From the NCBI GenBank assembly GCA_963675495.1, contig OY776215.1:1856001-1920000 (forward strand): DNA of 64,000 nucleotides. The letters run 5' to 3'. The translations under genes were made by a program, and so were the position numbers. Shown one piece after another: positions 57,070 through 64,000 of the stretch. The notes under the pieces were generated by a model, which was not told where the DNA came from, did no database searches, and saw only the letters and a program-made list of their open reading frames with translations. Every line of letters begins with the position of its first letter. Positions within the stretch are counted from its first letter, which is position 1. This DNA is from an uncultured Methanolobus sp. (GTDB lineage: Archaea; Halobacteriota; Methanosarcinia; Methanosarcinales; Methanosarcinaceae).

Positions 57070-59183
57070 TGTTAGCTGATGTCAGGACTTTACAGGATAT
57101 TCCTCGCATAGGGGACAAAATGTCGAAACGTTTTGTAGAGCATTTCGGTAGTGAAAATCAGGCACTTGACGTTATACTTGCCGGTGATATCGCCAGTATT
57201 TCCGAGGTAGAGGGTATTGGTCAACGTTATGCGATCTCTCTTATACAGGATGTAGCTTCCAGAGTTGAAGGAGTTAATGTCTCTGATTTTTTGAGAACCA
57301 AGGAGGCAATGGATGTCTATGAAAAATTGCTTGACCTAGTAAAGGAATTTGCTCATACCCGATATTCCAAAGATAAACTACATGTTTTTTTCCCGTATCC
57401 TTCTAGCAAGATCCAAAAGATAATGCAGGTCCGTGAATCAGTTTCGTATTACATGGAAACTGCCAATCTGCTTGAGGGGGATGGGACTATTGTTGACTTG
57501 TTGTCAAAAGCCACACAGTTAAATTTTAAACACCAGTGCCCCAAGATTCGCGACAGGGTTATCATAACATCTGACCATGATAGTTACGAGTATGCAAGAA
57601 AACGGTTTGCAGGATTGGTTGATGTAAACTTTGCACGTTCCCTTTCTGAATTCATAGATGTTTCAAGGGGTTTCTCTCAGGTTATTGCTGTGGGAGATGA
57701 TTACCTGTCATTTGATCTTCCAGAAGATGTGGACCCTGAATTCTATTCTGACTTACAGGAAATAGATGATTTCAAGGTTATACCTGAAAAAGAAATAGTG
57801 GCATTTTCCCGCAATCTCAAATCGATAGAATCTTCTATTAAAGTGATAAGGTTGCTCCGTTCCAGGGGAATTAGTTTCTTTGACAGCATGGATGATGATA
57901 AACTTGAGTTGCTTGCTTCTACATTGGCTCTTATAGACGAGAGTGGTGATATTGTCTATGGGACTGATGAGGAAGTGGACCGAATTTCGGATGCAAAAGA
58001 CAAGCTTAGTTCTACTGTTACAGAAACTGTACGTATTGTAAATGATGGTCTGAACTCCTGTCTGGAAAATAGTCAGATGACACTCAGTGGACAGGATATG
58101 CTGAAAGTGATGAATGGTTCCATTGAGCTGAAAGAGATACTTGGAAAGAAGCTGCACAAAAGTTATTACTCCATTGTTAAAGAAGGTGCGGACAGAATAT
58201 GCAATGAACTTCAGCTTGAGAAAAAGGAAAGATTGATGGTCGATTCCTTTTTCCCGGAAGAGATTATGCATCCTGTGGAAGCAAATGTTGATAATCTTAA
58301 TGCTTTGAAACAGCACCTGAATAAAAAGGCCCTGAAAAGAAAATTCGATCATAAGCGTGAAGTCTCACGCATATTGTCTTCCTACAAAACAATTGTTCGG
58401 GAAATGGTTCGCGAAGTACTTGATTTTGATGTGGGATTTGCAATCGGTTCTTTTGCTCTTGCATATGATCTTGTTATGCCTACAATTATAGATGGTACAG
58501 GCATTGGTTTTAATGGTGGAAGGAACCTGTTTTTGCTTTCCAGACATGGTGATGTGGTACCAATTGACTATTCAGTGGGTGAGAACGGTTTCAGTCCTAA
58601 AAGTGAGGCCAGCAGGGTCGTACTTTTGAGTGGCGTCAATTCAGGAGGTAAAACCTCCCTTCTGGAACTTCTTGCCCAGAGCAGTATCCTTGCCCAGATG
58701 GGATTTCCTGTTCCTGCACAGCATATGGAACTATCTCTTACTGAGTCGATGTACTACTTTGCTAAATCAAAAGGTACATTAGATGCAGGTGCATTTGAAA
58801 CGACCCTTACTGAGTTCTCTGTGGTAGCTGATGATTCTGCAAAATTTGTATTGGCAGATGAGCTTGAATCCATCACAGAGCCTGGAGCTTCTGCAAAGAT
58901 CATGGCTGGAATACTTGAAGTTTTAACCGAGAATGAAAGCACTATGTCTATATTTGTGTCACATCTTTCAGAGCAGATAGTGGAGAATACTACCTGTGAT
59001 ATCAGGGTTGATGGGATAGAGGCAAGCGGGCTGGATGCCGAGCTTAATTTAATAGTTGACAGGAGTCCCCGTTATAATTATGTTGCAAAAAGCACCCCTG
59101 AACTGATTGTAGAGAGGCTATCAAAAAAGACAGGCGGAAAAGAACAGGCTTTCTATGATAAATTAAGGAGTAAGTTTCAGTAG
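57069..59183 (+). CDS. mutS5: Archaeal MutS5 (MutS2-like) ATPase with N-terminal HhH
   Basis: HhH LQDIPRIG / SEVEGIG; SGVNSGGKT; GTLDAGAFETTL; LADELESITEPGA; FVSHL; no mismatch-binding or Smr domain; TAATG overlap with the DUF4130 gene. Confidence 0.88.
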   Translation: MLADVRTLQDIPRIGDKMSKRFVEHFGSENQALDVILAGDIASISEVEGIGQRYAISLIQDVASRVEGVNVSDFLRTKEAMDVYEKLLDLVKEFAHTRYSKDKLHVFFPYPSSKIQKIMQVRESVSYYMETANLLEGDGTIVDLLSKATQLNFKHQCPKIRDRVIITSDHDSYEYARKRFAGLVDVNFARSLSEFIDVSRGFSQVIAVGDDYLSFDLPEDVDPEFYSDLQEIDDFKVIPEKEIVAFSRNLKSIESSIKVIRLLRSRGISFFDSMDDDKLELLASTLALIDESGDIVYGTDEEVDRISDAKDKLSSTVTETVRIVNDGLNSCLENSQMTLSGQDMLKVMNGSIELKEILGKKLHKSYYSIVKEGADRICNELQLEKKERLMVDSFFPEEIMHPVEANVDNLNALKQHLNKKALKRKFDHKREVSRILSSYKTIVREMVREVLDFDVGFAIGSFALAYDLVMPTIIDGTGIGFNGGRNLFLLSRHGDVVPIDYSVGENGFSPKSEASRVVLLSGVNSGGKTSLLELLAQSSILAQMGFPVPAQHMELSLTESMYYFAKSKGTLDAGAFETTLTEFSVVADDSAKFVLADELESITEPGASAKIMAGILEVLTENESTMSIFVSHLSEQIVENTTCDIRVDGIEASGLDAELNLIVDRSPRYNYVAKSTPELIVERLSKKTGGKEQAFYDKLRSKFQ

Positions 59184-59203
59184 CTGAAACTACACTGTTT
59201 AGA

Positions 59204-59779
59204 TTAAAGCACGCCTTTAGTGCTTTTTATTTCTTCTCCTTCGATGACCATGGCTCTTCTAAGGGCGTAGGCGAATGCCTTGAAAAGTGCTTCTATCTTG
59301 TGGTGGTCATTATCACCGTAAACGTGGACATGCATATTTGTCTTTGAGTTCTGGGCAATGGCTTCAAAGAAATGAACTACCATCTGAGTGCTGAATTCTC
59401 CTACTTTTTGGGCTTTGAACTCTGCATCCATAACCAGGTAGCTGCGTCCTCCAAGGTCAAGAGCCACAGTTGCCAGTGCTTCATCCATTGGTATACGTGC
59501 TTCTCCGAATCTTGCAATGCCGGCTTTGTCAGCAAGTGCCTCTGCTATTGCTTGGCCCAAGACTATTCCAGTATCCTCTATCAGGTGATGGTCATCAACA
59601 ATGAGGTCGCCAGTAGCTTTTACAGTGAGGTTGAAGTTCCCATGCTTTGTGAATGCAGTGAGCATATGATCGAAAAATCCAATACCAGTGCTGATGTTTG
59701 CAAGGCCTTTTCCGTCAAGTTCCAGCTCAATATTGATGTCTGTTTCACTGGTTTTGCGTGATATATTTGCTTTTCTCAT
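59204..59779 (-). CDS. hisB: Imidazoleglycerol-phosphate dehydratase
   Basis: [29 protein letters not shown] and NDHHKIEA motifs. Confidence 0.97.
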   Translation of the reverse strand: MRKANISRKTSETDINIELELDGKGLANISTGIGFFDHMLTAFTKHGNFNLTVKATGDLIVDDHHLIEDTGIVLGQAIAEALADKAGIARFGEARIPMDEALATVALDLGGRSYLVMDAEFKAQKVGEFSTQMVVHFFEAIAQNSKTNMHVHVYGDNDHHKIEALFKAFAYALRRAMVIEGEEIKSTKGVL

Positions 59780-59804
59780 GGGTGCACCTGATTATTCTGG
59801 TGTT

Positions 59805-60545
59805 TTATAATTCTTCACTGATAATATTTATCGCTTCTGGAAGTGTGAACTTTCCGGTATATAATGCACTTCCGACAACAACTGCATCTGCACCGGTCTT
59901 TTTTAAGGCAATGAGGTCATCAAGGCTTGTAACGCCACCTGATGCGATTACAGGAATGCTGACTGACTTTACCAGTTCTTTAGTAGGTGTTGTATTGACA
60001 CCTTGCAGCAATCCTTCGGAATCTATGTTTGTAAAAAGAATACTTCCGGCACCAAGTTCTTCGAACCTGATTCCCATTTCAACTGCTGTGAATTCTGACT
60101 GTTTTTTCCATCCTTCAATGGCCACTTTACCATTCTTGGAATCAAGGGCAACGTTGATGTGTTTGCTTCCAAACGCATCTGCAAGTTCTTCGATGAGTTT
60201 CGGATTATTTATGGCTGCAGTGCTTAATATGACCCTGTCTACTCCGATATTTAACAAGTCAGCTGCATTTTTAAAAGAGCGTATTCCTCCGCCAACCTGA
60301 ATTTGCATTCCAAGCGGTTTGCATTCCTTTACTATTTTTTCGATAATAGGAGCATTCTTGCGTTCACCATCAATAGCACCATCAAGGTCTATGAGATGTA
60401 GTGTTTTTGCACCCTGGGATGCCCAGTCTTTGGCTACTGCCGCAGGATCATCTATTGAGACCATTTCACTGCCAGGAATTCCCTGAACCAGTTGTACACA
60501 TTTGCCGTTTCTCATGTCAACGGCAGGGATAATTTCAAAGGTCAT
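59805..60545 (-). CDS. hisA: ProFAR isomerase
   Basis: IIPAVD..GKCVQL.QG, LHLIDLDGA, QVGGGIRS, VIASGGV. Confidence 0.97.
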   Translation of the reverse strand: MTFEIIPAVDMRNGKCVQLVQGIPGSEMVSIDDPAAVAKDWASQGAKTLHLIDLDGAIDGERKNAPIIEKIVKECKPLGMQIQVGGGIRSFKNAADLLNIGVDRVILSTAAINNPKLIEELADAFGSKHINVALDSKNGKVAIEGWKKQSEFTAVEMGIRFEELGAGSILFTNIDSEGLLQGVNTTPTKELVKSVSIPVIASGGVTSLDDLIALKKTGADAVVVGSALYTGKFTLPEAINIISEEL

Positions 60546-60551
60546 GCTACC

Positions 60552-61406
60552 TCAAGGCATCATTCGCTCGATAGGCACTACCAGTATGTCTTTGGCACCT
60601 GCCTTCTTGAGTTCACCCACCGTAGCAAAGATGGTGGCGGCGTCAACAACTGCATGTACTGCAAGTACTGAGTCATCTGATTCAACTTTCATTATCGTAG
60701 GGCCAGCCATTCCGGGAAGGACTTTCTTGATAGTTTCCAGTGAATCCGTAGCTACATTCATCATAAGGTAACGCTTTCCTTTTGCTCTTAGGACACTCTC
60801 AACGGCGGTTTGTATCTGCTCTATCTTACCGTTGTTTTCCTGCGTCTTCTTATTTGCAATAAGATATACTGATGATGTGAATGTTTTTTCTATCATTTTC
60901 AGATGATTTGTGACAAGGGTTGTGCCTGAGCTGGATATATCCACGATAGCATCGGCAATCCCTACGTGAGGTGTCATCTCACATGCACCACTAACCTTTA
61001 CTACTTCGATGTTTACTCCAAGGTTTTCGAAGTACTTGGCAGTTATATTTGGGAACTCAGTGGCAACGCGCATCCCTTCGAGTTCTTTTGCAGAAGTGAT
61101 GGGGGAATCTTCAGGTACAGCCAGAACGAGATTTGCACCTCCAAATTTAAGGTCAAGAAGTATTTCCACATCTGATTCTGTTTCATGTATAAGGTCCAGG
61201 CCAGTAATGCCTACGTCGGCTGCGCCATCCTGTACATATTCGGGAATGTCTGCTGCTCTTGCAAACAGGTAAGTGATCTCAGGATCGGTTGTTTTAGCAA
61301 AAAGTTTCCTTGTCCCACCTTCAAGTACAGGCAATCCTGCTTCTTTGAGGAGACTTACGGTGGGGTCATGTAAGCGCCCTTTATTGGGTATAGCAATACG
61401 TATCAT
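60552..61406 (-). CDS. hisG: ATP phosphoribosyltransferase (long form)
   Basis: IAIPNKGRL, RAADIP.YV, RVATEFP, SGACE, DISSSGTTL. Confidence 0.97.
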   Translation of the reverse strand: MIRIAIPNKGRLHDPTVSLLKEAGLPVLEGGTRKLFAKTTDPEITYLFARAADIPEYVQDGAADVGITGLDLIHETESDVEILLDLKFGGANLVLAVPEDSPITSAKELEGMRVATEFPNITAKYFENLGVNIEVVKVSGACEMTPHVGIADAIVDISSSGTTLVTNHLKMIEKTFTSSVYLIANKKTQENNGKIEQIQTAVESVLRAKGKRYLMMNVATDSLETIKKVLPGMAGPTIMKVESDDSVLAVHAVVDAATIFATVGELKKAGAKDILVVPIERMMP

Positions 61407-61663
61407 ATGGATCCTTCTGTGTAATTATAATCAGTATCAATTGAACGTTATTTGAAAGACTTTTATAGCATATAGACTTCACGCTGATTCATATTCCTTC
61501 TGTGAATTTAATAAATGCACATTAATTACTGGGGGTTATAATTACATATGGGTATTATTATATAGTGTATGGGTGCTAGGTATAGCGAAGGATACATAGT
61601 TAACTTTAATTATCTATTCTTATCTTTTACTTGTTTATTAATTGATATTCTAGAGGATTATAT

Positions 61664-62860
61664 ATGATGCGAAATATCAAAGTCGAACACCTGATAGAAA
61701 CGCCGGTGGAAAAACAGCAGATTGAACTTGTGGAGAGAAAAGGTGTGGGTCACCCTGATAGTATCTCCGACGGTCTTGCAGAGGCAGTAAGCCGCGCATT
61801 GTGCAAGGAATATGTAGATAAATGTGGTGTAGTTCTCCACCACAATACTGATGAGACCCAGATCGTGGCAGGAAGGTCAAACCCTCAGTTCGGTGGCGGA
61901 GAGGTTACTCAGCCTATATACACTTTGCTTGTGGGAAGAGCAACCAAGGAATTTGAAGGCGTGGAGATTCCGGCAGAGTCTGTTGCATTAGCTGCTGCGA
62001 GAAACTATATCAGAAACACAATTGTTGATATTGACCTTGAGAGGGATATCATTGTTGACTGCAAGCTCGGGACAGGTTCATCTGATCTCAGGGATGTTTT
62101 CCAGAGAGACAGGGTTCCTGTGGCAAATGATACTTCTTTTGGTGTTGGGCATGCTCCATTTTCAGAACTTGAACAGATCGTATATGAGTCTGAAAGAAAG
62201 CTGGTCACTGACCTGAAAAAGAAAATACCTGGTATTGGAACAGACATTAAGGTCATGGGTCTTAGGGAGAATGACGATATAAACCTGACAATATGCTGTG
62301 GTATGGTTGGAAGATATGTTGATGACATGGATCACTACATCAATATCAAGGAAGAGATGGCTGATTATGTTACTGATCTGGCACTCAAACGTACGGATCG
62401 TAAGGTTAAGACCTTCATCAATGCAGCGGATAATGTGGAATGTAAGTCAGTGTTCCTGACTGTGACAGGTACTTCTGCTGAAATGGGTGATGATGGTTCA
62501 GTGGGTCGTGGTAACCGTTGTAACGGACTCATTACTCCAAACAGGCCAATGAGTATGGAGGCGACCAGTGGTAAGAACCCTATCAACCATATTGGTAAGA
62601 TCTACAACCTTCTTTCCACCCAGATGGCAAAGGATATTGTGAAGGCTGTCCCTGATGTCCAGGATGTCTACATCAAGCTTCTTTCACAGATCGGTCAGCC
62701 AATAGACCAGCCACTTGTAGCAAGCGCGCAGATCATTCCTGACGATGGTGCAAACTTTGCTTCCATAAGGGCGGAAACAGAGGTTGTCATGGATGAGTGG
62801 CTTGCTGATATCACCAGAATAACCAAGATGGTCATAAACGGCGAACTGGATACTTTCTGA
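61664..62860 (+). CDS. mat: S-adenosylmethionine synthetase (archaeal type)
   Basis: [50 protein letters not shown]. Confidence 0.97.
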   Translation: MMRNIKVEHLIETPVEKQQIELVERKGVGHPDSISDGLAEAVSRALCKEYVDKCGVVLHHNTDETQIVAGRSNPQFGGGEVTQPIYTLLVGRATKEFEGVEIPAESVALAAARNYIRNTIVDIDLERDIIVDCKLGTGSSDLRDVFQRDRVPVANDTSFGVGHAPFSELEQIVYESERKLVTDLKKKIPGIGTDIKVMGLRENDDINLTICCGMVGRYVDDMDHYINIKEEMADYVTDLALKRTDRKVKTFINAADNVECKSVFLTVTGTSAEMGDDGSVGRGNRCNGLITPNRPMSMEATSGKNPINHIGKIYNLLSTQMAKDIVKAVPDVQDVYIKLLSQIGQPIDQPLVASAQIIPDDGANFASIRAETEVVMDEWLADITRITKMVINGELDTF

Positions 62861-62873
62861 TATTGATATTAGG

Positions 62874-62910
62874 AGTTCATCCTGAATTCAGGATGAACTT
62901 TTTCTTTTTT
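62874..62910 (+). terminator. Terminator-like perfect palindrome plus T-tract after mat
   Basis: AGTTCATCCTGAATTCAGGATGAACT (26-bp perfect palindrome, 62874-62899) followed by T-rich runs. Confidence 0.7.
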
Positions 62911-63067
62911 TAGTTTTTCTTTGTTTCTACTGAATGCGTCTTTTTCCCCTTTGATTTATACGTTTATCTGCGTCATGTGTATTTTTCGGCGAAAGAGCTA
63001 AGTATGATTGTGCGTATTGGAGTGTTGCATCGCACGGCAACGTCGTGCCGAAGCATGATTTGTTAGA

Positions 63068-63175
63068 CCCGCCTTAACTCAGTGGTAGAGTGCGCGGCTG
63101 TAGTTTGATTCATGTGACATGATCACATTACGCGCAGGCACCGCGATGTCCCCGGTTCGAGTCTGGGAGGCGGGA
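63068..63175 (+). tRNA. tRNA-Tyr(GTA) with a 36-nt intron at 37/38
   Basis: Acceptor CCCGCCT/AGGCGGG; anticodon GTA at 63100-63102; intron 63104-63139 with bulge-helix-bulge (CTGT/GCAG helix); T-loop TTCGAGT. Confidence 0.95.
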
Positions 63176-63250
63176 CTTACAAAATCAACAAAAAGCCTTA
63201 AATACAAGAGTCTCCTTTTAGGGGTGCTCACAAGCGAAAACTTACCTCAT

Positions 63251-63323
63251 GTCCGAATAGTGTAGAGGCCTATCATGGAGCCCTGTCGAGGCTCCGACCC
63301 GGGTTCGAATCCCGGTTCGGGCG
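63251..63323 (+). tRNA. tRNA-Asp(GTC)
   Basis: Acceptor GTCCGAA/TTCGGGC; anticodon arm GAGCC-CTGTCGA-GGCTC; T-arm CCGGG-TTCGAAT-CCCGG. Confidence 0.96.
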
Positions 63324-63335
63324 TAATTTCTTAAT

Positions 63336-63366
63336 CCCGGTTTTTCCGGGCTTTTTTTATCTTTTT
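63336..63366 (+). terminator. Hairpin plus T-tract after tRNA-Asp
   Basis: CCCGG-ttttt-CCGGG followed by CTTTTTTT. Confidence 0.6.
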
Positions 63367-63493
63367 ATTACTTTATGATTGCTTATTTGTAAATCTAGTT
63401 TATATACTTATTTTTCTACCTAATAGTTTTAATAAATATTAGGTTTTAAATCACTATTTATCCATAGTTTTGCTTCTTTTGCACGTGGTACGT

Positions 63494-63601
63494 ATGAATA
63501 ATTGCGGTAATTTAAGTACACTCAAAATAGTTATCATGTTGTCTGTTTATCTTGCAATGATACTTGCAATTGTATTAGCTGCAGGACTAATGGGGGTATG
63601 A
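63494..63601 (+). CDS. Candidate small single-TM protein (35 aa)
   Basis: MNNCGNLSTLKIVIMLSVYLAMILAIVLAAGLMGV, preceded by GTGGT; below the ORF-track cutoff. Confidence 0.35.
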   Translation: MNNCGNLSTLKIVIMLSVYLAMILAIVLAAGLMGV

Positions 63602-64000
63602 ATGGCAGTATTCAAGAAGAAAAATTTCCATAAGGTTTTATACATGTATTTGAGACACTCTGTTTGTGGAACTCTTTATAAGAAAAAGCAACTTGAAGAT
63701 ACAACAAATCGTCTTATTTGTATCTGTCTATCTTTTTATTATGCTTGCATTCGTTTTACTCGATTGGTTTTTTCCAGGTATTCAGTGAATTAATATTCTC
63801 TGGATTAACTCTCAATTGTGGGGCATGCTTCTTCATGTAGGCAACTTTTAGTTCATCTGCTCTTATTTACTCGTTAGATCTAGCCAATATATTCCCAAGC
63901 ACATATAAAAAATATTAACTGAGTGACTTTTATATATTGATTTGACATCATGTTCTATGAATTTTTTTTTCTGTGGTAATTCTATCGGGCATGATGCAAT

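Noticed and set aside
54346-59183. ArsR fusion as the first gene of the repair operon
   Set aside because: A ~185-bp gap with T-tracts and a separate TATA lies between them; its C-domain points to the upstream corrinoid genes instead, though regulation of the operon is not excluded
59181-59207. Pyrrolysine read-through of TAG stops (mutS5; also the CAP and AIR-synthase-like genes)
   Set aside because: The proteins look complete at the TAG; for mutS5 read-through adds only a few residues before TAA; I noticed no gene split by an in-frame TAG
607-62586. Numerous 60-230 aa ORFs antisense to or overlapping recognised genes (e.g. 1377-1979, 28347-28955, 33959-34564, 52732-53427, 57753-58352)
   Set aside because: They are shadow frames of well-supported genes with no motifs or RBS of their own
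63104-63139. tRNA-Tyr intron as a novelty
   Set aside because: Canonical 37/38 bulge-helix-bulge intron, ordinary for archaeal tRNA-Tyr
63602-63793. 63-aa ORF from the ORF track
   Set aside because: No recognisable motif and atypical composition in AT-rich DNA
1-64000. CRISPR array, rRNA, intact transposase or integrase
   Set aside because: No regularly spaced repeats, rRNA-like sequence or transposase/integrase motifs were seen
63251-64000. Integrated element at tRNA-Asp
   Set aside because: Downstream DNA is AT-rich, but no integrase or duplicated tRNA 3' end is visible within the window

Overview
Archaeal chromosomal window from a Methanosarcinaceae methanogen. The gene content and style suggest Methanolobus, which is an inference. 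Most of it is core housekeeping: the bacterial-type folate C1 cluster folP-folD-glyA-purN, tiaS, nadE, nob1, gfcR, a recJ-like gene, hisH/I/B/A/G, PINA, nac, acs, trx, ABCE1, archaeal mat, an intron-containing tRNA-Tyr and tRNA-Asp. A small accessory/defence patch at about 20.8-27 kb holds ugd, an AT-rich Nudix + SauUSI-like type IV restriction helicase-nuclease pair, an orphan HicB and an MntA-HepT toxin-antitoxin pair. The best candidate for an undescribed system is a translationally coupled three-gene operon at 55085-59183: a radical SAM-HhH protein (TIGR03916-like), a DUF4130 protein and an archaeal HhH-MutS5 ATPase. The first two proteins end in PCNA-interacting (PIP)-like motifs and the promoter carries palindromes, suggesting a clamp-associated DNA repair/modification module. 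The second candidate is an ArsR HTH fused to a DUF4430/transcobalamin-like domain just downstream of cbiZ, a possible corrinoid-sensing regulator. Other notable items are an MsvR-like box before the IscA/HesB gene, an ABC permease-PrsW protease fusion, a probable ATA start codon, a MITE-like relic and a CAP-dockerin protein. All family assignments come from motif recognition by eye; no searches were run.
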